From Brevinematales bacterium (GTDB taxonomy: Bacteria > Spirochaetota > Brevinematia > Brevinematales > JAOACQ01): a stretch of DNA of 64,000 nt. Of this stretch, positions 1-8,955 are shown in pieces (within the stretch, counting starts at the first letter, position 1; each line of letters begins with the position of its first letter). Where the stretch lies: the NCBI GenBank assembly GCA_020052515.1, contig JAGVOW010000027.1, forward strand, positions 199-64,198, read 5' to 3'. The position numbers and the translations under genes were made by a program. The notes beneath the pieces are model-generated. The model did no database searches and had not been told where the DNA came from. It saw only the letters and a program-made list of their open reading frames with translations.

Positions 1-1242
1 CTTCCCCTGATTCCTTCGGCTATATATCACTGGGGAGGATCTTCTGGTTATCCCGTAGAATGTTACAATTATTCTTCCCTGAGCGGTCCCGACGCTAATG
101 GATCTACCGTAGAAATTTCTTTACAAAGGCCGGTCTATGTTAATAGAATCACTGCTTATCGAAGGTGGATAACCACCGGTGGCGGCTCTTTCAGAATCAG
201 TATCTGGGTAGTCGGGCCCAATAATGGGGCAAGCACTCTTGTTTATAACAATCAAAACCCGTATACAGGAGGAAATATTGACGTTTCATTTAGTCCTATT
301 CTTGGTTCAAAAATACGCATACAGATTCAGGACCCCGGTGTTACTAGTTTTGCCGTAACAGGCGTGTATGGTTCCCGTTGTTTCTTGCCTATGATTGGTG
401 TTCCGAATATTGCTTCTGATGGTGTAGTTGTTTATCATGGTATCGATAATAAGATACACAGATTAGTATGGGCGGCTGAAAACAACTGGAGTGATTGGAG
501 CATGGGCTACTCGATTAGTGGAAATCCATGCCAGACAACTTCCGGCATCATCTGGTATCGCGGAACTGATAATTGTCTGCACAGAGCGGCATGGTCTCAA
601 AGCACAGGATTTGTTGACTGGAACATGGGATATCCCATGAATGGAGATCCTGTTGCTACATCCGCTGGAATGGTTTGGTTTAGAGGCGCGGATAATAAAT
701 TGCACAGATTATCCTGGGCGCAGGGCAGCGGGTGGACAGACTGGAATATGGGATATCCAATCGGCGGAAATCCCTATGCGGTTTCTGATGGATTGGTTTA
801 TTATCGCGGCGCGGATAATAATATGCACAGATTAGCCTGGGCGCAAAGCACTGGATTTTCTGATTGGAATATGGGATACCCAATGAGCGGCGATCCACAT
901 GTGAAAGTTGAGGGTTTAGTTTGGTATAGAGGGGCTGATGGCAATTTGCATAAAATGGAATGGACACAAAGCACCGGATATGTCGATATGAATATGGGAT
1001 ATCCCATGAATGGCGCTCCATGCGGATCATCAGCAACTGTTGTCTGGTTCAGAGGATCCGACAATAAGCTTCATAGATTGGCAAGATCGTCTTCGACAGC
1101 CACCACATGGAGTGATTGGAACATGGGTTATGCAATGAATGGAGATCCGAACGCAGTATCTGATGGAGAAGTCTGGTTCAGGGGAGGAGATAATAACCTG
1201 CATAAATTATGGTGGACTCCCGCTGCCTGGATGTATTGGTAG
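1..1242 (+). CDS. 5'-truncated protein: beta-sandwich (discoidin-like) region plus seven ~41-aa repeats, PLL-like lectin-type beta-propeller
   Basis: Frame 1 is open from base 1, upstream of the called GTG at 364. Seven repeats of DWNMGYPMxGDP...VW[FY]RGxDNxLH[RK]LxW. Confidence 0.7.
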   Translation, partial: LPLIPSAIYHWGGSSGYPVECYNYSSLSGPDANGSTVEISLQRPVYVNRITAYRRWITTGGGSFRISIWVVGPNNGASTLVYNNQNPYTGGNIDVSFSPILGSKIRIQIQDPGVTSFAVTGVYGSRCFLPMIGVPNIASDGVVVYHGIDNKIHRLVWAAENNWSDWSMGYSISGNPCQTTSGIIWYRGTDNCLHRAAWSQSTGFVDWNMGYPMNGDPVATSAGMVWFRGADNKLHRLSWAQGSGWTDWNMGYPIGGNPYAVSDGLVYYRGADNNMHRLAWAQSTGFSDWNMGYPMSGDPHVKVEGLVWYRGADGNLHKMEWTQSTGYVDMNMGYPMNGAPCGSSATVVWFRGSDNKLHRLARSSSTATTWSDWNMGYAMNGDPNAVSDGEVWFRGGDNNLHKLWWTPAAWMYW

Positions 1243-1384
1243 TAATGACTAATGGCGCTGCCAATTACGCTATAGTACTCCAAAAATTGGCCGGTTTGCA
1301 ATCATGCTGTGGAGTTGTGGAACCGAACCAGGCAAAATTTATTTCTTATGTTGTCAGTCAAGTCAATCAATAGAACTTATTTTC

Positions 1385-1419
1385 ACCGCTGTCCCAGTCC
1401 AGGGACAGCGGTTTTTTTT
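1385..1419 (+). terminator. Intrinsic terminator
   Basis: ACCGCTGTCCC-agtcca-GGGACAGCGGT followed by a T run. Confidence 0.85.
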
Positions 1420-1448
1420 AACAAGCGTGCGCCGCTCGGTTCCTGAGC

Positions 1449-1943
1449 TTACCGAATAGGCGAGAGGTGGGATTGGCTATTTTTTAGAACTGCTTCCATA
1501 AGAGTGATCAGGATTTTATGGTGTTCCAGAGTCAGGAAGTGATCAGCCAGGAGAATAGTTTTACCAAAATTCTTGTCTTGAAAATCAAAGGTGAGTTTCT
1601 CGCCTGTTAGCAGTGCATGGATAGAAACCTTGAAATATTCGCATAACTTTATAATGTTTTCATAAGACGGAAGGGATTTACCCTTTTCATATTGGCAGAT
1701 CTGACTGGGGGAAATGTTCAGATAGTTAGCGACATCTTTACTCTTAACTTTTTTGTCTTTGATCATAAGTGTAATATTATTTCCTACATCCGTGGTAATG
1801 AAAAGTCCCGTATCATCAAGCTTGTAAGAGTTTTCACTTTCTTCGGCCTGCCTGCCCAGCAAGGCTTCTACGCTTCCTTCGATTTTTCTTCGCGTTTTTA
1901 TTTCTAATTTATCAATCTTTTGGGCAAGCGAAAGAAGAGGCCG
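1449..1943 (-). pseudogene. XRE-family HTH regulator, 5'-truncated paralog of 36457..37128
   Basis: HTH (VANYLNISPSQICQYEKGKSLP) and C-terminus FQDKNFGKTILLAD...LMEAVLK match the double-XRE gene. Similarity continues upstream of the TTG to an in-frame TAG at 1944-1946; the first HTH is absent. Confidence 0.6.
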
Positions 1944-1993
1944 CTAAGGATTCTTCAGAACCGCTTCCATAAGGCCTTGTCGCCATGGAAAAC

Positions 1994-3301
1994 TCAAAAA
2001 TCCCTATTAACCCCCAAATCTGTCGGCGCTCGCCCCAGGCTCTTAAGAAGAGACAAAGTCTTTTCGATCTGATCTGGAATGCTTTCTTCTACATGCGCGC
2101 GGTTGGGGTAAATAGCGTATTCTTTCTTGTACTGATAAGGTGTGATATTGAGCATCACTGAATTTGCCCCGGCTGACAGCCCTTTTTCCCTGGCTTCTTT
2201 ATCCAATGTCTCAAAAGCGGTTGTCACCAATATCTTCGCGTTCTCAGGGTCTACAATTCTCGATACGGCAAGCGTTTTCAATATTTTCCGGCTGCTATCC
2301 AGCGGATGTTTTCCTAAAGGAGTGTCCGGATGAGGAATAAAAGGCCCAAAGCTGAACATCTCCGCGTGAAGCGACTTAGCAAGCATTATGTCGCTCAGAA
2401 TATCTTCTTCCATCTGTCCCGGAATGCCGATGAGCGAGCCGGTCAGCACCAGATACCCCATTTCATAAGCCGCGCGCAGCTGAGAGAGCCTTGTTTCCAG
2501 TTTGTTTCCCGGACGTATTTTTTCATAAAGAGCGGGATTGCTTGTTTCAAACCGCATCAAAAGGCCGCGCGCGCCCGCTTCATAAAGCTCCTTTAGGCCT
2601 TCTACTCCGACTTCGCCGGGGCTCACCATGATCAGCGCCGCGGCACTCTTTTTAATCTCCCGGATAATGGAGGCAATTCTTGGAGCAGGATATTCAGGGT
2701 CTTCTCCGCTCTGCAAGACCAGCGCCTTAAAGCCATAAGCCTCAATCGCCTGAATGGCCGTCCCGACAATTTCTTCATCGCTCATTCGATAGCGATGGAC
2801 TTTACTATTTCCAGCCGCTATCCCGCAATAAAGGCAATTCTGCGCGCAGTAATTTGAAAATTCAATGATCCCATGCACACAGCACGAATTGCCGAGGTGT
2901 TTCTGCCGGAGAAAATTGCCGCTTTTACAAAGAAGGGAAAGACCTTCCTCATCTTGAAGATGAAGGAGATAAAGAAGCTCTTCTTTGTCCAGCTCCCGGC
3001 TTTCCATAGCTTTATCCAGCATTTTAGATAATTTTCTGTCAGAGCTTGTTTCCGAACCAGGAGAAGAAAGCCTGACGTCCGTTTCCTGAAGCTGCCAGAA
3101 TAGCTCTTTCCACATCTCCAATATCGATTTCGCTTCCGCTTCAGGAACAATCTGAATCACATAACCGCCCTGCGCGAAAACATAATCACCGACTTTGAGT
3201 TTATCCAATTCATTGATCGCTTTCCGTTTTTCACCATAATAATCTACCGTAACGATTTTCTGCTCAATTATTTCAACCTTTCCAGGTATCGCGTAACACA
3301 T
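1994..3301 (-). CDS. HypC/HupF-like domain fused to a HydE/BioB-family radical SAM enzyme
   Basis: N-terminus MCYAIPGKV...KVGDYV..GGYVI (HypC-like); CxxxCxxC (CAQNCLYC); LVLQSGED, GPFIPHPDTPL, GANSVMLN, YxxY typical of HydE. Confidence 0.8.
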   Translation of the reverse strand: MCYAIPGKVEIIEQKIVTVDYYGEKRKAINELDKLKVGDYVFAQGGYVIQIVPEAEAKSILEMWKELFWQLQETDVRLSSPGSETSSDRKLSKMLDKAMESRELDKEELLYLLHLQDEEGLSLLCKSGNFLRQKHLGNSCCVHGIIEFSNYCAQNCLYCGIAAGNSKVHRYRMSDEEIVGTAIQAIEAYGFKALVLQSGEDPEYPAPRIASIIREIKKSAAALIMVSPGEVGVEGLKELYEAGARGLLMRFETSNPALYEKIRPGNKLETRLSQLRAAYEMGYLVLTGSLIGIPGQMEEDILSDIMLAKSLHAEMFSFGPFIPHPDTPLGKHPLDSSRKILKTLAVSRIVDPENAKILVTTAFETLDKEAREKGLSAGANSVMLNITPYQYKKEYAIYPNRAHVEESIPDQIEKTLSLLKSLGRAPTDLGVNRDF

Positions 3302-3309
3302 AGTTTCCC

Positions 3310-4623
3310 CTAATTATTAATCCAAGAACGATCATCTTTTGTGATAGGGAAAACGCATCCCCCTATACCGATATTCAAATAGAGCAACAATGAAAATGCC
3401 GGGCCTTCCACCGGAGTAAAGTCAAGTCCGCAGCCAAAACCAATTTTAAAATCCACAATACTAAACGCTGCCATGTCCGTCATATAAGCCTCCATCATCA
3501 CCGCGTAATACTTAAAATTCATAGAGACCATCAGATCAAAATCTATATAATAAAATGACTTGAAGGTACGTTTTTCACCATTGAGGTAAGCGTCAAAATT
3601 ATTAAATCCGTAAAACCGGAATTTCGGCGCTAAAAGATAGGGGAAAATTTGATTAACTAGATTACTCTCTGAAATATTAAACGAGATACCTGGATAATTA
3701 TAAATATCGATAAAAAGAGCCGTACCAGATATAGAATATGCCTTAAACGGATAATAATAGGTGGTAACCAATTGCTGATTATAGGATATATAAGTGGTTG
3801 TCTTGCTGATTTCCCAGCTATACGACAATTCTTTTTTTTCCTCATTCAGACTCACACCAATACCCGCGGCAAAACCAGGAGGAAGAAAGAGCCACTTAAA
3901 ATGAAAGGTTTCAGAAGGATTATCCGCGTTCCAGGTGCCATAAAAACCTGTCGGATAAATAGAACCTTCCAGGAATATTTTCGGAATGGCGGGGGACATA
4001 TCGAACATGGATGACAAATCAAATAAGCCGTTCAAGAAAAGGCCGCACAGGGCATTTGGATAAAGGCCAACTCCGATATCGGATGAAAGCCAATGCGAAG
4101 GCGCGCCCTGCATTTTGTTGCTAACAATAATGTAAACCCTATCTTCAGAAAGAGTTATCCCATCTTTTAAATCAATGTTTTCCCGGAACAGTATATCTTT
4201 TGTCTCATTATCTATGATAAAAAATGCCCCGCCAAATTTCGCGTTTTTACTCAGCGTCTTTTGAAGATAATTTTCGGTATAATAAAAAGAAACAGGGCCT
4301 TCCCAACTGGTACTATCATATTTTACTTTTTCAACTTCGGTCGTAACAAAAGAGTCATCTATCCATTCTTCCCCCTGCCACAATTCAAAAGCGAAATATA
4401 TTTTTTTCCCCTTTGCTCCTTTCAGGCCAATCTGATAAAGATCGATCCTGATGGATTTATTACCCTTATATTTACTATCCGGGACAACTACGCTTTTACC
4501 TATGGAAGCCGCCATGATATTAGTTATGCCCTCCTCTTTTGTGTTTTTGGTGTAAGAAACAGCGGGAATACTCAAAACGATTAAAATATTGAGGGTTATT
4601 AATGATAGTAAAAACTTACTCAT
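3310..4623 (-). CDS. Exported hypothetical protein, aromatic beta-rich C-terminal half (possible outer-membrane protein)
   Basis: 437-aa ORF, hydrophobic signal peptide, GAGGTG RBS. Confidence 0.65.
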   Translation of the reverse strand: MSKFLLSLITLNILIVLSIPAVSYTKNTKEEGITNIMAASIGKSVVVPDSKYKGNKSIRIDLYQIGLKGAKGKKIYFAFELWQGEEWIDDSFVTTEVEKVKYDSTSWEGPVSFYYTENYLQKTLSKNAKFGGAFFIIDNETKDILFRENIDLKDGITLSEDRVYIIVSNKMQGAPSHWLSSDIGVGLYPNALCGLFLNGLFDLSSMFDMSPAIPKIFLEGSIYPTGFYGTWNADNPSETFHFKWLFLPPGFAAGIGVSLNEEKKELSYSWEISKTTTYISYNQQLVTTYYYPFKAYSISGTALFIDIYNYPGISFNISESNLVNQIFPYLLAPKFRFYGFNNFDAYLNGEKRTFKSFYYIDFDLMVSMNFKYYAVMMEAYMTDMAAFSIVDFKIGFGCGLDFTPVEGPAFSLLLYLNIGIGGCVFPITKDDRSWINN

Positions 4624-4699
4624 AAATCACCTCACTTAAAGATATTCTTCCAGATTTATTTGAAGACAAAATAATCCAAATATATTATAACTTATTTCA

Positions 4700-4774
4700 T
4701 CAAAAATGAATATAGACTTTCAGTAGGATTTTCCATTCTATTTTCTCAACTTTTCCGGGTATCGCGTAACACAT
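4700..4774 (-). pseudogene. Remnant duplicate of the 5' end of the hypC-hydE fusion gene
   Basis: Encodes MCYAIPGKVEKIEWKI..., matching MCYAIPGKVEIIEQKI at 3301; keeps a GAGG RBS right after the BtuF-like gene. Confidence 0.8.
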
Positions 4775-4789
4775 AATTTAAATCCTCAT

Positions 4790-5566
4790 TCAGATATATT
4801 TCGATATTTCCAATATAAAATCAAAAGCCCGCGGTCCGGGACGGCTCATCCTGTCCTCATTCACAAAAACCAGCCGGGGAAATATTCCGATCTTTTGAAA
4901 AAGCGCCTTCAAATTTTTTTCTTCATTGGTAAAGGTATCCGAAATAAAAATAAATTCCGGTTTCAATTTCCACAAAGTCTCCTGGTCCAGAAGCGGATAA
5001 TGAATTTTTGTCTCTACCACGTTTTTAAACCCGGCTTTAGAAAGCACATCCCCCAGGAATGTATTGGTAGAAGCGCTGTAAAATGGAAAAAGAGAGATTA
5101 AAACCATCGCCCCTGGAGCAACCTTTTTATTGGCCGCCAAACCCATTTTATTTCGAAGCTTTTCCGTAAAAGGAGAGACATCCCTGTCAAAAATTTGCCC
5201 CAGAACAACTAAATTGGAAAGAATGTCCTCTACTCTTTCTTCCTTTAAAGTCACTACTTTCAAGCCCCATTTTTGAAGCTGCTCAGATTGTTCTTTTGAA
5301 CTGCCGGAAAAAGAATTGATAACCAGGTCTGGTTTCAGCAGTAAGATTTTCTCTATATTCACGCTCTGTAAATCACCTATTTTAGGAAGCTTAATTGCTT
5401 CCGGCGGATAATCGCAGAACCGTGTGTCGGCAATGAGCTTATCCCCCTCGCCGATAAAATAAATCATCTCGGTAACATTAGGCGCGAGGCTGATTACACG
5501 AATACTTCCGGCATAGGAAAAAGAGAAAAGTAAAAAGGAGATCAAAAGTAAACAAAACGATTTCAT
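4790..5566 (-). CDS. BtuF-like helical-backbone metal/cobalamin ABC substrate-binding protein
   Basis: RVISLAPNVTEMIY, FCDYPPEA, NIEKILLLKPDLV, SRPGPR; signal peptide. Confidence 0.8.
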   Translation of the reverse strand: MKSFCLLLISFLLFSFSYAGSIRVISLAPNVTEMIYFIGEGDKLIADTRFCDYPPEAIKLPKIGDLQSVNIEKILLLKPDLVINSFSGSSKEQSEQLQKWGLKVVTLKEERVEDILSNLVVLGQIFDRDVSPFTEKLRNKMGLAANKKVAPGAMVLISLFPFYSASTNTFLGDVLSKAGFKNVVETKIHYPLLDQETLWKLKPEFIFISDTFTNEEKNLKALFQKIGIFPRLVFVNEDRMSRPGPRAFDFILEISKYI

Positions 5567-5610
5567 AGAAGAATATAATAAAGCAAATTTTGATTTTATT
5601 CAAATCCTCA

Positions 5611-5772
5611 TCAAGGCTTATCGTGCTTGGCCACAAAGCTTTTGATTTCCTCTATCGCGGCCAATACTTTCTTGGCTTTCCCAACCCCAAAAGAAAAAGG
5701 ATATTTGTCGTTTTCATCATTCTTGATGACCAAAACCGGCTTGCCCTGATACTCACTCTCTTCGATTATCAT
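5611..5772 (-). CDS. Small 53-aa hypothetical protein absent from the ORF track
   Basis: MIIEESEYQGKPVLVIKNDENDKYPFSFGVGKAKKVLAAIEEIKSFVAKHDKP*, preceded by a GGAGG RBS. Confidence 0.75.
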   Translation of the reverse strand: MIIEESEYQGKPVLVIKNDENDKYPFSFGVGKAKKVLAAIEEIKSFVAKHDKP

Positions 5773-5791
5773 AAATTCCTCCTTTGGAACG

Positions 5792-5829
5792 CCTCACCCC
5801 CGGCCCCTCTCCAAGCCTGGAGAGGGGAG
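5792..5829. repeat. REP-like GC-rich palindrome (CCTCACCCC...CCCCTCTCC-loop-GGAGAGGGG family)
   Basis: CCCCTCTCCA-agcc-TGGAGAGGGG hairpin; relatives at ~10957, 11061, 43640, 51736. Confidence 0.8.
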
Positions 5830-5891
5830 CGGACGACGACGGGCGCAATGTCTCCTTTTATTATTGCAATCACATAGACTATGCAAAATTT

Positions 5892-6482
5892 TTAATTTTT
5901 ATCGTTTGCTTTCAACTTTACAAATGCATTTATTGATTTATTCAATGATTCAAATTCCTTAATTATCTTCTCTTCATAATTCATTCCCAATTTATAATTT
6001 TCCTTTAATATTGATAAATTTATTTCTATATGTTCTTTGAATTCATCTTTGTTTTGATTGGTAAAAACTAAATCAAATTTAATGATTTCATCCCAGATTT
6101 TATTGTTATTAACAAATTGCATGAAAAACGAGCGATAAATTTGCTTTGGCGCTAAGTATCTAATTCCATATTCTATAAAACCTACTGAATTAACCAGATT
6201 ATTACTTAATATCTTGAAGTCGGGATAGTTCTCAAAAACAATATTATAAATGGGAATATCAGATATGTTTTCGATTATCAAGTTGAAAAAACCTACATTT
6301 AACTGTTCGAGCCTTAAGCTTATTATCGGTCTTTCTCTTTTTCTTCTTTCTCTTACCATTTCATTATGCATTTTTGAATTAATAATTACATACGCAATTG
6401 TCACGCCAAGCATTATAAAACTTGACAGCGCTTGGATAGATCCGGAATTTGCATTTAAAAAGCTAAAGAAATTATTTGTCAT
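5892..6482 (-). CDS. Low-GC hypothetical protein with N-terminal TM helix
   Basis: 196-aa ORF, GGAGG RBS, very AT-rich. Confidence 0.65.
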   Translation of the reverse strand: MTNNFFSFLNANSGSIQALSSFIMLGVTIAYVIINSKMHNEMVRERRKRERPIISLRLEQLNVGFFNLIIENISDIPIYNIVFENYPDFKILSNNLVNSVGFIEYGIRYLAPKQIYRSFFMQFVNNNKIWDEIIKFDLVFTNQNKDEFKEHIEINLSILKENYKLGMNYEEKIIKEFESLNKSINAFVKLKANDKN

Positions 6483-6498
6483 AAATTCCCTCCCCTCG

Positions 6499-6975
6499 TT
6501 ATTGCCCTTTAACTTTATACAATAACCGCTCTATTGCCGTCTCCAACTCCGCATTCCCCTGCAGTCCATGCTTCAGACGATTGCTGGAAATATATCGGAT
6601 CACCGATTTAAGATATTCCGGGCTATCCACAAGCTGCTTATTGAATTTCTGTGCCCAGAGATGAAACGCAGATTTCTCAGCAATTCCCAGCGAACGCTTG
6701 TATTCAAGAGCGGATAGACTTTTCAATGTCTTAACCGCATCTTCCAGCTTCCCGTCTTTAACTTCCATCAGAATATGAGCATGGTCGCCGGAGATGTTGA
6801 ACTGATGAAATTTCATCTGGTATTTTTCAACAATATCTCCGATAATCCCGCACAATTTTACTTCATCTTCGGTTTCCAGCCAGAAAGCCGGGCCGGTTTT
6901 CACCCTGTATTTTTTCATTCTTTCAGAGTACCGGCTGTTATGTGTAACCAGCGTAACATGCCAGAGTTCCGCCAT
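6499..6975 (-). mobile_element. Y1 HUH transposase, REP-associated tyrosine transposase (RAYT)/IS200-like
   Basis: HVTLVT, HUH motif DHAHIL, LWAQKF, catalytic Tyr in RYISSN.KH; palindrome directly upstream. Confidence 0.8.
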
Positions 6976-6984
6976 CTCTTGCTC

Positions 6985-7075
6985 CTGTATCGAGACTTTC
7001 TATACGTCGCGGACTGCGTGAACAAGGGGCTTAAGCCCCTTGTTAAGCCCCTTGTTTGCGATAGCATCGCGGCGT
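6985..7075. repeat. RAYT-flanking REP with core AACAAGGGGCTTAAGCCCCTTGTT
   Basis: Perfect palindrome at 7021-7044 with a tandem extra half; second diverged copy at ~41410-41492. Confidence 0.85.
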
Positions 7076-7125
7076 CACCGAATCTCCACCACCGCTATTT
7101 CTTCCTCCGTCAGCCCATACAGATT
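7075..7125 (-). pseudogene. 3'-end remnant resembling a type IIG restriction-modification/N6-methylase gene
   Basis: Reads NLYGLTEEEIAVVEIR*, the characteristic C-terminal LYGLTEEEI.[IV]VE motif, directly after the GH26 stop. Confidence 0.6.
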
Positions 7126-7126
7126 T

Positions 7127-8785
7127 CTACTCCCCCAGCTCCAGAATTCCCCATTGCTTTGGCTGATGATAAAACTCAGCATTTCCTGTCCAGACAATTT
7201 GTGTTTTACGCGCGCTCGCGTCATCGCTGTCGTCATAAATGATGTTAAAAAGAAGCTTATCCCCGTTCTTTGGAGAACACTTGAAAGGGAAAGCCCGCCA
7301 TGGAATCCGGACCAGCATGGAAAGACTTTCATCTTTTTTGTCAAAGAGTTCCGTTTTAATATCCGGCGTTCTTTTATCTTCCGTCCAATTCCAGACATAA
7401 GGTTCATCCGCAAAATAAGCCAAACCAATCTGATAGTCGCCGTTGGTAAAAGAATAGCGATTCAGCGGTGCGGCCGGGTTTAATCCAAGGCAGATTTCAA
7501 TACAGTCACCGTTCCAGATCTCATCGTCTTCTTTGCTATTCATAAAGGGAAAATCATCTATTACATGAATAAAGAGAACAAGCTCATCATCATTCCAGGC
7601 GATTTTCGATTTTCCGACAATATCATTTGGCCCCTTTAAATAGACCCCCGCTTCTCTCAATTCTTTATATTTATCTACCGTCAGCCATTCCAGCTTGCCC
7701 CAGATGGGAGAATATTTACTGATCTTTTCTTCTCCTCTTTTTGCTTGATAGACTGGCCTTTTCTTCAATGCCGATGTCGGAATATTTTCCATGGGAATAT
7801 AACGTTTGTGATAGGTCGCAAGAGCTGCCCCATCCATTAGAATACTTTTATCCCTTACTCCTTTTTTGAACTGATTAAATACTTCTTTATCGGAATCAAA
7901 TCTCCAGTCTGTTTCTTTGTTTATATTAAACCAGGTCCAGGCTCGAATATTTTTGTAGCATTTTTTTGTCACTCTGAAAAAATTCTCCATCCATCTGGAT
8001 TTTTTACCGCCGCTCGGACTTGTGCCCATTTCTCCGATCATAATCGGCTTATTCGGAAAATTTTCCTGCAGAACTTGATAAAGCTCGTCAAACAACTCGT
8101 CAAATTCGGTCCAATGAGACCAGGATTGCGAGGCTCCGAAGTTGAAGCCATCCATTGCGATCCAATCAACATAACTGTCTCCCGGATAATAAGAGGCAAA
8201 AGTGTTTGAGGAACAATTAGGAGTGGAAACAGCATTGGGCGACCAGAGCCAGATAACATTTGAACCGCCCGATTTGATTGTCAAATCGTGCACGTGTTGA
8301 TAAGTTTTGATATAATTAGAAGCGGAAAAACCATTTCTCGGCCCGCTCCACGGATACCAGTTTCCATTCATTTCATGGCCCCAGCGCACCATAAGAGGTT
8401 TCCCAAATAGAGCTGCCATCTCTCCAAATTTCTCTATATAAGCATCGTACTTTCCATTCAGAATATCCTGCAGACTGATACTGCTAATGTCGTTAGAGAT
8501 CCATGCCTCCCAGACAATATGCGGGAGATAGCCATTAGTAGACAAACTTTCGCACGCGGCAAGAGGAAAATCCTTTTCCCAGCCGACGTACCACATAATC
8601 ATCGCAGCCTTCTTTCCCACTTTTTTCTCTACGCTCTTTATAGCAGCTGGATTAGTTTGAATGCCTTCCTGAAAAAAGCCCCAATAGACCCCTTCATTGC
8701 CAGGTTTTGAAGTCAGATTTCCATCTTTCCCACATGACAACATCAGAAAAATACCTATTATGATTATACCGAGATATCGTTTCAT
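7127..8785 (-). CDS. Lipoprotein: GH26-family glycoside hydrolase plus CBM9-like domain
   Basis: Lipobox LSC; RWGHEMNGNWYPW, WSPN, YYPGDSYVDW, KPIMIGEMG; C-terminal WNGDCIEI. Confidence 0.85.
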   Translation of the reverse strand: MKRYLGIIIIGIFLMLSCGKDGNLTSKPGNEGVYWGFFQEGIQTNPAAIKSVEKKVGKKAAMIMWYVGWEKDFPLAACESLSTNGYLPHIVWEAWISNDISSISLQDILNGKYDAYIEKFGEMAALFGKPLMVRWGHEMNGNWYPWSGPRNGFSASNYIKTYQHVHDLTIKSGGSNVIWLWSPNAVSTPNCSSNTFASYYPGDSYVDWIAMDGFNFGASQSWSHWTEFDELFDELYQVLQENFPNKPIMIGEMGTSPSGGKKSRWMENFFRVTKKCYKNIRAWTWFNINKETDWRFDSDKEVFNQFKKGVRDKSILMDGAALATYHKRYIPMENIPTSALKKRPVYQAKRGEEKISKYSPIWGKLEWLTVDKYKELREAGVYLKGPNDIVGKSKIAWNDDELVLFIHVIDDFPFMNSKEDDEIWNGDCIEICLGLNPAAPLNRYSFTNGDYQIGLAYFADEPYVWNWTEDKRTPDIKTELFDKKDESLSMLVRIPWRAFPFKCSPKNGDKLLFNIIYDDSDDASARKTQIVWTGNAEFYHQPKQWGILELGE

Positions 8786-8819
8786 AAGAAGATGCCTCCT
8801 TTCATTTAAGCAACAGTAT

Positions 8820-8848
8820 TTGACAGAAACGGTTTTTTAAACTAAAAT
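8820..8848 (+). promoter_or_regulatory. sigma70 promoter for tRNA-Pro
   Basis: TTGACA-17 bp-TAAAAT, 13 bp before the tRNA. Confidence 0.75.
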
Positions 8849-8861
8849 AATCCAGTCTTAA

Positions 8862-8936
8862 CGGGCTGTAGCGCAGTTTGGCTAGCGTGCTTGGTTCGGG
8901 ACCAAGAGGCCGAGGGTTCAAATCCCTCCAGCCCGA
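8862..8936 (+). tRNA. tRNA-Pro (CGG)
   Basis: Acceptor CGGGCTG/CAGCCCG, anticodon arm CTTGG-TTCGGGA-CCAAG, T-loop GGTTCAAATCC; CCA not encoded. Confidence 0.95.
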
Positions 8937-8955
8937 TATTTTATCTCCCAAAACT

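Noticed and set aside
1944-3301. Pyrrolysine system (PylB-like enzyme next to an in-frame TAG)
   Set aside because: Motifs fit HydE better; no pylS/C/D/T in the window; the TAG is explained as a paralog's natural stop.
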